Of a stretch of DNA of 64,000 bases, positions 9,166 through 18,536 are shown one piece after another. Location of the stretch: NCBI GenBank assembly GCA_015655045.1, contig JAATFU010000006.1:33058-97057 (forward strand). The letters run 5' to 3'. A program made the position numbers and the translations under genes. The DNA is from Candidatus Saccharimonadota bacterium. GTDB taxonomy: Bacteria > Patescibacteriota > Saccharimonadia > Saccharimonadales > Saccharimonadaceae. The notes beneath the pieces are model-generated. The model was not told the DNA's origin and ran no database searches. It was given only the letters and a program-made list of their open reading frames with translations. Within the stretch, counting starts at the first letter, position 1; every line of letters begins with the position of its first letter.

Positions 9166-10332
9166 CTATCGGTTAACGAGATTAGTGTAAATCGCCTCGA
9201 AACGCTCAAGGGTATAATTCAGGTTATGTGTTTGAGCAATGGCAAGACTCTCTCGACTCATTTGGTCATGCAATTCTTTATCAGCAATAATGGCCAAGAT
9301 AGCAATTGCAAACTGTTCGTCGTTATCAAGTTCACACAAGAAACCATTACGATCATTTTGGCACAGCTCTCTTAATGCGCCGGCATCAACGGCAACTACC
9401 GGTTGACCACTAGCCATAGCTTCAAGCGTGGCTATACTTTGAAGCTCTACAGGGGAAGGCATAACATAGACCGTACCTACTTGGTGAAGGAGTGGCAAAT
9501 CCTCATCACTGACTCGACCCGTAAAAGTAACTCGATCGGTGATTCCGAGCTTATGAATAAGGTGGTGTAGATTCTCAACATCGGTACCATCACCAACAAT
9601 CATTAGGTGTGCATCATAAATAGGAGCAATTCGTCCAAAAGCTCGTACGAGCGTCTGGAGATGTTTCTCTGCATCGATTCGTCCGATGTACGAGACGATT
9701 GGTTTATTTGTTGGCAGGTTAAACTTTTTAAGGATTGCCTTTGAGGGAGTTCCTGCTTTAAAACGGCTTAAGTCAATACCATTTGAGACCGCCTCCATTG
9801 GAACGGCAACTTTGTCGGTCACGTTCAACATATCAATCGCTGCCTGGGTCGGAAGGGTGACGTAATCAGCTTTTGAATGAAAGCGTGCTCCATACCCGTT
9901 GAGCATGTAGTTAATTGGTCGAGCAATTGGCGCAAGAAGCTTAATATTGTCCATAAGGTTTTCAGGTACCGCATGGTTGGTACTGACAATTGGAATACCG
10001 AGCTTATTGCCAAACTTCATTGCCGCTTGTCCTATCCACATCATCATCTGTACGTGGATCACGTCAGGGTCAAAATCTTTAATTATCTTCTTTACTTCAG
10101 GACCAGGCGTAGGAGAGATGCGAAAGTTCTGATAAAAGGCAAACGGAACTGACGAAGTTCGATAAATAATGTGATTACCGTCAATTTCTTTATAGCGTTT
10201 ACCCGATTGGCTCGGAGCAATCACGACTACTTCGTGTCCTCGAGCGGCCAAACCCTTGGCGAGATTACGACTGAAAGTTGCGACGCCGTTAATTGTCGGC
10301 CAATGCAAATCCGACGCGATTAAAATTTTCAT
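9166..10332 (-). CDS. Glycosyltransferase, GT4 (GT-B fold)
   Basis: N-terminus MKILIASDLHWPTINGVATF. C-terminal PSPVELQSIATLEAMASGQPVVA matches the E-x7-E region of GT4 enzymes. Start set at ATG 10330-10332. Confidence 0.85.
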   Translation of the reverse strand: MKILIASDLHWPTINGVATFSRNLAKGLAARGHEVVVIAPSQSGKRYKEIDGNHIIYRTSSVPFAFYQNFRISPTPGPEVKKIIKDFDPDVIHVQMMMWIGQAAMKFGNKLGIPIVSTNHAVPENLMDNIKLLAPIARPINYMLNGYGARFHSKADYVTLPTQAAIDMLNVTDKVAVPMEAVSNGIDLSRFKAGTPSKAILKKFNLPTNKPIVSYIGRIDAEKHLQTLVRAFGRIAPIYDAHLMIVGDGTDVENLHHLIHKLGITDRVTFTGRVSDEDLPLLHQVGTVYVMPSPVELQSIATLEAMASGQPVVAVDAGALRELCQNDRNGFLCELDNDEQFAIAILAIIADKELHDQMSRESLAIAQTHNLNYTLERFEAIYTNLVNR

Positions 10333-10360
10333 ATACCAGCAATTATAACACGACGCCCCG

Positions 10361-11128
10361 CTAAGGCTCATACGGTTTAGAACCGACTGCACCTCTCTTT
10401 ATATAGTTTTCCCTTGTTCGCTCATTTGACTTCCTGATACCTTCTCTAAAGAAGGCAAGAAGCGGCTGATAATCGGCCGGTTCTGGAGTATATGCGAGCA
10501 AGTCTAAGTCTAATAGTTGCTTAAACACCCCCCCTTCATTACCCACAACTGCCTCTGTTAAAGCAACATCTTCAAGTGGCCAATAGTGCTGTAGTCCAAG
10601 CACTTTGTCGAGTATCACCTTGCGTCCTATATGAATACCCATATTAGGCCCATACTGCGCGCCATTGCTGCCACTATTGAATGCTCTCTGTTTTGTTGCA
10701 ATAGTAGCACCGATTCGCCATAAAGACCGAATATTTGAGCTGAGTGTTGTCTCGCCTGATTCCAGCGTAAGCCAGACAGGACCTGACGCAACAATAGGGC
10801 GGGAGGCTTGTGGTTCAAGTGCAGAAAGCATACGTCTATGCCATTCTATGGGATGCCGAGGAATCGTATCAGCATCAAGTAACAAAAGTGGTTCAAGCGC
10901 TCTTTCCCCTAAGTCACGGAGGACATGTTGAATTGCCGGTAGTTTACCTTGCTCAGAGAGATTAAATACTTTGACACCAAAATGCTCAGCAATTGTTACT
11001 GTATTGTCTGTTGATCCATTAGAGGCAACAATCGGTTCAACCTCTTGCGGAAGCGCATTCAAAGTTGTAGCAATGTTCCGTTCCTCATTAAACGCAGGAA
11101 TAATAACAGGAGTCTTCATACTAACCAT
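10361..11128 (-). CDS. Glycosyltransferase family 2
   Basis: PVIIPAFNEERNIATTL...SNGSTDNT...LLLDADT are typical GT2 N-terminal motifs with a DxD-like element. Confidence 0.8.
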   Translation of the reverse strand: MVSMKTPVIIPAFNEERNIATTLNALPQEVEPIVASNGSTDNTVTIAEHFGVKVFNLSEQGKLPAIQHVLRDLGERALEPLLLLDADTIPRHPIEWHRRMLSALEPQASRPIVASGPVWLTLESGETTLSSNIRSLWRIGATIATKQRAFNSGSNGAQYGPNMGIHIGRKVILDKVLGLQHYWPLEDVALTEAVVGNEGGVFKQLLDLDLLAYTPEPADYQPLLAFFREGIRKSNERTRENYIKRGAVGSKPYEP

Positions 11129-11196
11129 ATTTAACCATAACTATGACATAAATGCAATATCGCCACAACGCACACCCTGCAATATAATCATGAAAG

Positions 11197-12273
11197 ATGA
11201 AGTTATTTTTTGATGCCCGTTATATACGTACCGACTTTCACGACGGTATAAGTCGTTATTCGGCCGAACTTGCAAACGCCACCGCCAAATTAACACCAGT
11301 GACATTCATCATCTGCGACAAAGCACAACTTAGGCTTCTACCCAAAAATGCTACTTATGTATTGCTGCATGAGCCAACCTCAATTAAAGAGCCTTTCACC
11401 TCTCTGATGTTGAACACATATAAGCCAGACGTTGTCTTCAGTCCTATGCAAACGATGGGAAGTATGGGGCATCGTTTTAAGCTTATTCTGACTACCCATG
11501 ATTTAATTTATTATCGCCATCGCACACCACCCCGTAGCTTAAACGTTGCCGTACGTGTTGGATGGCGTATATTTCATCTGAGCTACGCCTCAGAACGAGC
11601 CTTGTTAAATGAAGCCGATGCTGTTGCGACAGTGAGCGAAACGACCAAAAAAGAGATTGTAGACGTTCGCTTAACTCGGCGTCCCATTACGGTCATCCCG
11701 AATGCGCCACAGAAACTGGAGGAATTCCTTAAGAAACCTGTTTCCTTCAAAAAGTCAGGACCAACCAACCTTATTTACATGGGCTCATTCATGACCTATA
11801 AAAACGTCGAAACGCTCATCAGAGCAATGGCCTGGCTTCCTGGTTACACCCTCCACCTTTTGAGTCGTATTTCCCCGAGTCGAAAGGCAGCTCTGACAAA
11901 GCTTATCCCCAAGGGTAGTGTAGTCATATTTCATAGTGGCGTCAGTGACCAGACATACGCGGAACTCCTTGCCGATAATGCCATCCTCGTAACCGCAAGC
12001 CTTGACGAGGGCTACGGGCTGCCAATTGCTGAAGCGCTTGCGCTTGGCGTACCGGCTGTCGTAAGTGATCTGGCCATTTTTCATGAGGTAGCAGGCGAAG
12101 GCGCCCTCTATGCTTCTGCTCGAGATCCTCGTGACTTTGCTCGAAAGATTCTCTCCTTAGCAGATCCCATGTTACTTCAAAAAGTCACCACGAGCGGCCA
12201 AAAGCATATTGCCCAGTTCAATTGGAATGCCTCGGCCAAGACACTAGTAGAACTTGCCCAGTCTCTGATCTAG
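11197..12273 (+). CDS. Glycosyltransferase, GT4 (GT-B fold)
   Basis: C-terminal ASLDEGYGLPIAEALALGVPAVVSD matches the GT4 signature. Confidence 0.85.
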   Translation: MKLFFDARYIRTDFHDGISRYSAELANATAKLTPVTFIICDKAQLRLLPKNATYVLLHEPTSIKEPFTSLMLNTYKPDVVFSPMQTMGSMGHRFKLILTTHDLIYYRHRTPPRSLNVAVRVGWRIFHLSYASERALLNEADAVATVSETTKKEIVDVRLTRRPITVIPNAPQKLEEFLKKPVSFKKSGPTNLIYMGSFMTYKNVETLIRAMAWLPGYTLHLLSRISPSRKAALTKLIPKGSVVIFHSGVSDQTYAELLADNAILVTASLDEGYGLPIAEALALGVPAVVSDLAIFHEVAGEGALYASARDPRDFARKILSLADPMLLQKVTTSGQKHIAQFNWNASAKTLVELAQSLI

Positions 12274-12298
12274 CCAATCTGTTACAATAAGAGTTATT

Positions 12299-12781
12299 AT
12301 GGCACAAAAGAAAAAGCCAAAAACCGTTCGTTCTGCCATCGTTAATCGTCGAGCTACCTTCGATTATGCCATCGACAGTAACGATGACTTAGTAGTGGGT
12401 CTTGCACTTACGGGGCCCGAGACGCGGGCCGCCCGCGATGGACACATTCAACTCAAAGGCTCATTTGTTACTATCCGCAATAATGAGCTTTGGCTCAATA
12501 ACGCAAGCTTTAGCCTTAAGCTGAATGAAAAAGGGAAAGTGGGTGCCCGAACAATCGATACTGCTCCCCGAAAGCTCCTCGCAAAACGTAAACAAATAGA
12601 TGACTTACAGGCTCGTAAGCAGACAGGTATGACAATTGTGCCGTTACGGCTCTTAACCAAAGGTCGCTACATTAAACTAGTAATTGCCCTCGGGAAAGGA
12701 AAGAAGAACTATGATAAGCGCGAGACTCTCAAACGACGTGATCAGGAACGGGAAGCTCAACGAGCAATAAAAAGCTTTTAG
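12299..12781 (+). CDS. smpB: SsrA-binding protein
   Basis: VNRRATFDYAI...GLALTGPE...LKGSFV...ELWL and a basic C-terminal tail are characteristic of SmpB. Confidence 0.9.
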   Translation: MAQKKKPKTVRSAIVNRRATFDYAIDSNDDLVVGLALTGPETRAARDGHIQLKGSFVTIRNNELWLNNASFSLKLNEKGKVGARTIDTAPRKLLAKRKQIDDLQARKQTGMTIVPLRLLTKGRYIKLVIALGKGKKNYDKRETLKRRDQEREAQRAIKSF

Positions 12782-12801
12782 ATGATTTATACTTAAAGTA
12801 T

Positions 12802-13602
12802 ATGAAATTATATTCGTGGAACGTCAATGGTATTCGTGCAGTTATCAAGAAGGGTACTTTTCAGGAGTTTATGGCAAACGAGCAGCCAGACATTCTTTGC
12901 CTCCAAGAAACCAAAGCAAAAGCCGAGCAAGCCGACCTTAATCTGCCCGACTACTATACGTACTGGAACAGCGCCGATAAAGCAGGCTATAGCGGAACGG
13001 CTATCTTCAGCAAAGTAAAGCCTCGTCAAGTTATTAACGGATTTACCGAGAATATTGCCAAAAAGTATAAGCTCGCAGGAGATAGCTATGGTGATCCGTC
13101 ACAGGAAGGTCGAGTTATCTCGGCTGAGTTTGAGAAATTTTGGGTTGTTACTGTCTATACTCCAAATTCAAAGGGTGATCTCTCACGGCTCAAGCTCCGT
13201 CATAGCCAATGGGATCCTGCCTTCCTTGAGCATATCGGCGAGCTTGAGCGAACAAAGCCCGTTCTTTTCTCTGGTGACCTCAATGTTGCGCATAACGAGA
13301 TTGACCTGGCTAACCCCAAAGCAAATATTGGCAAGCACGGCTTCACCAACGAGGAAAGAGAGGGGTTTGATAATTTCGAGAAAGCAGGATTTGTTGATAC
13401 ATTCCGCCTTAAATATCCCAAGCAAACCGAAGCCTATACGTGGTGGACCCATTGGGCAAATGCACGGGCTCGTAATATCGGGTGGCGAATCGATTACTGG
13501 CTTGTGAGCCGATCAATAGCTAGTAAGATTGTCGATGCTAAAATTCATCCTGAGATTCTCGGGTCTGATCACTGCCCAGTAAGCATTGAAATTCAGGCAT
13601 GA
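12802..13602 (+). CDS. xth: Exodeoxyribonuclease III (AP endonuclease)
   Basis: MKLYSWNVNGIRA, PDILCLQETK, GDLNVAHNEIDL, WRIDYWLVS and GSDHCPV are the canonical ExoIII/APE1 motifs. Confidence 0.95.
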   Translation: MKLYSWNVNGIRAVIKKGTFQEFMANEQPDILCLQETKAKAEQADLNLPDYYTYWNSADKAGYSGTAIFSKVKPRQVINGFTENIAKKYKLAGDSYGDPSQEGRVISAEFEKFWVVTVYTPNSKGDLSRLKLRHSQWDPAFLEHIGELERTKPVLFSGDLNVAHNEIDLANPKANIGKHGFTNEEREGFDNFEKAGFVDTFRLKYPKQTEAYTWWTHWANARARNIGWRIDYWLVSRSIASKIVDAKIHPEILGSDHCPVSIEIQA

Positions 13603-13726
13603 ACAAGCTAACTCTCTTATTTTCTATGTGTCTTATGGACGTCTCCGTACAGGATAACGTTGACCCATATATTGATCTTCGTACTCTATGCGGGGGAATG
13701 CTTCGCGTAGGAAGAAATATGTTGTA

Positions 13727-14512
13727 ATGGAATATGAATATTGGCATAAACAGACGCCCACCTCGGCACTTTATCCCGATATCGAATGGGGTAAGCCCGA
13801 GCAGCGCTCCCATGCTGGACGACTCGGTATTATTGGGGGCAATAAACTTGGGTTTGCAGGAGTAGCCGAAAGTTACGCCACAGCGCTGCAAACAGGCGCA
13901 GGTCAAACCAGGGTTCTCCTTCCAGATATACTGCGTAAAACTATTCCAACTACTATGACCGACGTTATTTTTGGTGCTACTAATCCTTCGGGAAGTTTGG
14001 CTAAAGATGCGCTTGTTGAAATGAAGGCTATTGGTGAGTGGGCGACAGGTATCCTACTCGTAGGTGACGCGGGGAGGAATAGCGAAACAGCAATTGTATA
14101 TGAAGATTTTATTCGTGAGTATAGCGGCCCGCTTACTATTACTCGAGACGCTATCGACCTTGTCAAGCATGCCAGTCAAAATCTCGTTGAGCGCCCAAAC
14201 ACCCTGTTAATAGTTTCATTTGCCCAGCTCCAAAAGCTCTTTCAACTCGTCTACTATCCAAAAGTTCTGACCTTCTCAATGCAATTGACCAATCTTGTCG
14301 AGGCTATTCATAAATTTACATTAACTTATCCAGTAAGCCTTGTGGTTCTTCATAAAGAAGCATTATTGGCCGCAGCCAATGGCGAAGTGACAAGTACACC
14401 CTGGGACAACCCGATGGCTATCTGGCGCGGCCAAACCGCTTCAAAAGCAGCTACTTACTGGCTATGGAATCCAGCTAAAGTACTTGAAAGTATCACAGCT
14501 AGTCTGCTCTAG
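13727..14512 (+). CDS. Divergent YjeF-C/carbohydrate-kinase-like protein (NAD(P)H-hydrate dehydratase-like fold)
   Basis: GRLGIIGGNKLGFAGVAESYATALQTGAG, LLVGDAGRNSET and LTITRDAIDLV parallel the conserved blocks of Nnr/YjeF-C. The terminal GxGDxLxG block is not recognisable. The start could instead be ATG 13688. Confidence 0.4.
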   Translation: MEYEYWHKQTPTSALYPDIEWGKPEQRSHAGRLGIIGGNKLGFAGVAESYATALQTGAGQTRVLLPDILRKTIPTTMTDVIFGATNPSGSLAKDALVEMKAIGEWATGILLVGDAGRNSETAIVYEDFIREYSGPLTITRDAIDLVKHASQNLVERPNTLLIVSFAQLQKLFQLVYYPKVLTFSMQLTNLVEAIHKFTLTYPVSLVVLHKEALLAAANGEVTSTPWDNPMAIWRGQTASKAATYWLWNPAKVLESITASLL

Positions 14513-14534
14513 ATACCAGGTTATACGATAATAT

Positions 14535-14621
14535 TGGTGGGCAAGGGGGGACTTGAACCCCCACTCCCTTGCGAGAACCAGATTTTGAGTCTAGCGCGTC
14601 TACCGATTCCGCCACTCGCCC
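14535..14621 (-). tRNA. tRNA-Leu (anticodon CAA), 87 nt, CCA encoded
   Basis: The reverse complement folds by hand: acceptor GGGCGAG/CTTGCCC (one G-U), anticodon stem CTAGA/TCTGG, loop CTCAAAA, long variable arm, T arm GGGGG-TTCAAGT-CCCCC, 3' ACCA. Confidence 0.9.
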
Positions 14622-14706
14622 AACCATATCATAGTATAATTATCAGAGGTAGATAGCGGTTGCTACCAATGTATTGTACAATAGAATGTATTAGGAATCT
14701 ATAGAT

Positions 14707-15903
14707 ATGAAGCCAGATCAACCAGATAGCAGCCAGAGTGGGGCGCCGCTGTTCACACAGGGGCAGGAGGATCATACCGCCCCGACCCTCGATTCCCAAC
14801 AAGCCGCCGCTCAAATTGTTCGTGGTCAGATTGACTCACTTTTTGAGCAACAAACACCAATTTCAGTCCCGGGATCAACCATTGAAAATGTAAACCCCTA
14901 TGCCCGCACGCACGAAGAACACACCACTCCACAGGCTGAACAATGGAAGCAATATCACACGGCTTGGCAAACTTATTATCAGAAATACTACGAAGGATAC
15001 TACACACACCACCTCCAACAAGCACTAAAACCCCAGACCAGCACCGTAGCTCAATCACAAACAGGTATCTTCAGTACTCAGTCACCTGAGCAAACCACCG
15101 ATACTGAGACTCTCAACAAAGATGAAGCCTTGTTTGATCTCCGCCAGAAGTTACTTGGTAAGGTAAAGGCCTCAGCAGCCAAGGTGCGTAAGAGCCGCCA
15201 TTTCGTTCCTATTACTGCCGCTCTGATTGTTATCCTCATCTTTGCTTTTTTACAATATAATCAGCTCCTCATTGCCAATGTAATGGCCTACGTCAGTCCT
15301 GGTAATATCGATCCTCAAAATATTGTTATTGATCCAAGTACGACAGTAGCCGTGACACCCGACCCTAAACTTATCATCCCTAAAATCAATGTCGATGTAC
15401 CCGTTGCGTACGACATAGGCAATGACTACGCCTCCCAAATGGCCGCGATGGCCAAAGGAGTGGCATGGTTTGGGGTACCAGGAGCAAGTAGTCATCCTGG
15501 TGAGATTGGCAATACCGTCATCGCTGGGCATAGCAGTAATGACCTGTTGGAACAAGGTGATTATAAGTTTATCTTCGCCCAACTCGACAAGCTCGAGGCA
15601 GGGGATACCATTTATGCCAATTATCATAGTATCCGCTATACCTATGTCGTCACCGGTAAGACGGTTGTGAGTCCTACAAATGTCGCAGCACTTATTTATC
15701 CCACGACGAAGCCAGTTATGACGCTCTTAACCTGTACGCCAGTCGGAACAGCTAAGAATCGCCTCCTTGTTACTGCCGAGCAGGTAAGCCCCGACCCTAG
15801 TACTTCTGCACCAGCACCAGCCAGTTCAACCTCAAATAGTGAAGCTACCGTCATCCCCGGAACCGAACCAACTCTCCTCGAAAAACTCTTTGGCGGCAAA
15901 TAG
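14707..15903 (+). CDS. Sortase-family transpeptidase with a long Q/T/H-rich N-terminal region and one TM helix
   Basis: Catalytic His region NTVIAGHSSN, TLxTC motif MTLLTCTPVG, Arg region NRLLVTAE, and a TM helix PITAALIVILIFAFL. Confidence 0.8.
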   Translation: MKPDQPDSSQSGAPLFTQGQEDHTAPTLDSQQAAAQIVRGQIDSLFEQQTPISVPGSTIENVNPYARTHEEHTTPQAEQWKQYHTAWQTYYQKYYEGYYTHHLQQALKPQTSTVAQSQTGIFSTQSPEQTTDTETLNKDEALFDLRQKLLGKVKASAAKVRKSRHFVPITAALIVILIFAFLQYNQLLIANVMAYVSPGNIDPQNIVIDPSTTVAVTPDPKLIIPKINVDVPVAYDIGNDYASQMAAMAKGVAWFGVPGASSHPGEIGNTVIAGHSSNDLLEQGDYKFIFAQLDKLEAGDTIYANYHSIRYTYVVTGKTVVSPTNVAALIYPTTKPVMTLLTCTPVGTAKNRLLVTAEQVSPDPSTSAPAPASSTSNSEATVIPGTEPTLLEKLFGGK

Positions 15904-15923
15904 CCCCGTACTTTTCTTGTAGA

Positions 15924-17429
15924 TTACTGTAAGATCATGCGTACACGCTGGAGTTGGACGCCTGTTGTGGTAGTACCGAAACTATAGAGGAAACGACCGT
16001 TCTCGGTCAATACGGCATCCTGACCACTAACGAGGGGATTAATCGTATGTACATTTGCGCCATCAAACTCACGAATAGTCAGACTCCCACCTCGGTCTGC
16101 CCATAAGTAGTTATCGTTGAGCCACTTCAGATGTGATAATTGACCATTACCTTCAATGCTGGAGGTTGCGAGGGTATGATATTCCATATCGTAGCTGGTC
16201 ATAGTGGTACCGGATTGCGTCAACACAAATTGACCCGTCGGACTAAACTCAAGCCGTTCAGCAGCAGCACTTAATGTATATGAAGCAAACGCTTTAAGGC
16301 TTGTTGTATCATTCGACGATGTCGGGTAGCTTCCAATAGTAATATCTACTTTTTGTCCTTCGGCAATTGCGATGTAGTCGTCATTGAAATAATGAGTTGT
16401 TGCAACAAATAATGGTACGCTCGAAGAACTCGTTGTTGTTCGTAGAATCTCGGGATTGGTATCACCATCTCGATACATACCAACAACGCGCTCATTGGTA
16501 CCGCTCCGACCCGTTCCGATATAGGTAATAATATTTGTCTTAAAAAGGCTAAAACTCGTTACGTTACTTGCAAGTGTTCGCGAGATAGTTCCAGCTGAAA
16601 GGTCAAGTTTACGCACGTCACCGGAAGAAAGGGCGAATAAAATATTTCCTGAAGTACCTGAAAAATGGGCATCTGAGAGAGCCACATCAAAGGTGGTAGT
16701 AATATTACGAGAAGCAGCTCCATTTTGAGAATCAAGGACAAGCCACTCGCTTTTGTCTCCATACGTATGTTGAATAAGTACATAGCGACCACCCTGATCC
16801 CACTCTTTAAGGATAAACGCGTGCGTAACACCGGCAGTAGTGGCTTCACTATATACCGCTTGCGGAATAGTCACGGTGGTTGATTTTATATCATCCGAAG
16901 TTAAATCAACTACTTGAAAACTTGGCTCACTCGCTTTTTGTTGTACGAGCATAGTGTGTCCGGTAGGTGAGGCAAGTGAGGCATCGACCGTTGGGTACGC
17001 TGCGACCGATTGGAGAGGGAGTGATTTTGGTACCAATAAAGCATAGTTAAGCCACGTCAATACACCAGCTTTGGCTGAAACCGTCTTCGACCATGGCTGA
17101 TAGCCATCGCGTACCATACTAAAGGCATGTTCACCTGGTGTCAGAGCCGTTTTGGCTGGGGTTTTAGCATTCACAGCCTTACCATCAATGCTAACACTCG
17201 CGCCTGAGGGTATGGTTGCAAACTGGACGATGGCATCTTGTTGAAGTTGACCTTTAGTAATATCGAATCGAAAGCCCAGAATAACCAGAACAAGCCCCGA
17301 AACAATAACACACACAAGTAACGTCATAATACTATAGACGCTGATCCGTTTAATAAGTTCTTTTCTTTTAGAGGGACGGCGATACATCTTTCTACCAGTA
17401 TACCAAGTATGGACCGCTTTCGCACCCAT
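15924..17429 (-). CDS. PEGA domain-containing membrane-anchored protein
   Basis: An N-terminal TM helix, then ATIPSGASVSIDGKAVNAKTPAKTALTPGEHAFSMVRDGYQPWSKTV (PEGA motif). The remainder is beta-rich. An alternative start is ATG 17387. Confidence 0.65.
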   Translation of the reverse strand: MGAKAVHTWYTGRKMYRRPSKRKELIKRISVYSIMTLLVCVIVSGLVLVILGFRFDITKGQLQQDAIVQFATIPSGASVSIDGKAVNAKTPAKTALTPGEHAFSMVRDGYQPWSKTVSAKAGVLTWLNYALLVPKSLPLQSVAAYPTVDASLASPTGHTMLVQQKASEPSFQVVDLTSDDIKSTTVTIPQAVYSEATTAGVTHAFILKEWDQGGRYVLIQHTYGDKSEWLVLDSQNGAASRNITTTFDVALSDAHFSGTSGNILFALSSGDVRKLDLSAGTISRTLASNVTSFSLFKTNIITYIGTGRSGTNERVVGMYRDGDTNPEILRTTTSSSSVPLFVATTHYFNDDYIAIAEGQKVDITIGSYPTSSNDTTSLKAFASYTLSAAAERLEFSPTGQFVLTQSGTTMTSYDMEYHTLATSSIEGNGQLSHLKWLNDNYLWADRGGSLTIREFDGANVHTINPLVSGQDAVLTENGRFLYSFGTTTTGVQLQRVRMILQ

Positions 17430-17543
17430 AGTCCTGAATACATTTTTTAGACAAGACCTTGTATTATCCGCATAATATACCTAAGATAGTGATATCGCTT
17501 ATGCCAATGGGTCATAGGTATCTGACAAACTGCGAGGATAAAC

Positions 17544-18500
17544 ATGAATAAAAATGATATTGTTACCATTAACGGTCGTGGGTACGACGCACATACAGGA
17601 TTACCTGTCGAGAAACAGGCCGCTCCAAACGATAGGGCAACAAAGAACCCTGTCTCGGCCGCGGTCATACATTCGTCTGTTCAAAAATCACAAACGCTTC
17701 GTCGTCGCTCAACTAAGAAGCCGGTTCCCACGTCAACCATCCCTAAACCCGTCCCACGTTCTTCTGGACGGAGTATGGATATTGCCCGTAGTAAGAGTAT
17801 TAGTCGCTTTGCGCCACACCCTGTTGGTAAAGCCCTCACTACTGCAACATCACCGGATGTAGCAGATATTGGACCCGTCCTTCACCCGAGTGTCGTTAAG
17901 GCACATGCCAAGCAACTTGCCAAACAGGCAACCCCACTTGTTGTGACCCCTCCTACTGCTCAAAAGATCAAAGAGGAGGCCATTGCTACCGCTTTAGCTA
18001 AGCCTGCGCCAAAACAAAAGAAAACAAGTTTCTTTAGGCGCCATACACGTCTTATTAATATCACTACCGGCTCAATCCTCTTGCTCCTAATAGCTGGCTT
18101 TGTTACGTATGTTAATCTCCCTAGTTTATCTGTCCGTATTGCCGCTGCTCAAGCAGGTATTAGCGCCACTTATCCAGATTATCACCCAGACGGATATAGC
18201 CTGAATGGACCCGTTACTTTTAGCGACGGCAAAGTCACAATGACTTTTGCGGCCCACACCGGTAATCGTAAGTTCACCATTGTTCAATCGAAGAGCTCGT
18301 GGGATTCAAGCGCCCTTGAAAACCAAATTAGCAAGGACTCAAACGGTCAATTCATCACTACGCAACAACAAGGCCTAACGATTTATACCTATGGTGGTAA
18401 TGCGGCGTGGGTTAATGGTGGCATCCTCTACCGAATTGAGAGTAGTAGCGATACTGTGTTGTCGGGTGACCAGATTCGTCAAATCGCTACCAGTATGTAG
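17544..18500 (+). CDS. Hypothetical single-pass membrane protein (basic, P/K-rich N-terminal region; extracytoplasmic C-terminal domain)
   Basis: TM helix ITTGSILLLLIAGFVTYV. No catalytic motif recognised. Confidence 0.55.
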   Translation: MNKNDIVTINGRGYDAHTGLPVEKQAAPNDRATKNPVSAAVIHSSVQKSQTLRRRSTKKPVPTSTIPKPVPRSSGRSMDIARSKSISRFAPHPVGKALTTATSPDVADIGPVLHPSVVKAHAKQLAKQATPLVVTPPTAQKIKEEAIATALAKPAPKQKKTSFFRRHTRLINITTGSILLLLIAGFVTYVNLPSLSVRIAAAQAGISATYPDYHPDGYSLNGPVTFSDGKVTMTFAAHTGNRKFTIVQSKSSWDSSALENQISKDSNGQFITTQQQGLTIYTYGGNAAWVNGGILYRIESSSDTVLSGDQIRQIATSM

Positions 18501-18536
18501 GTAAGCTTCCTCTCTAATCTGGTATAATGGGCACAT

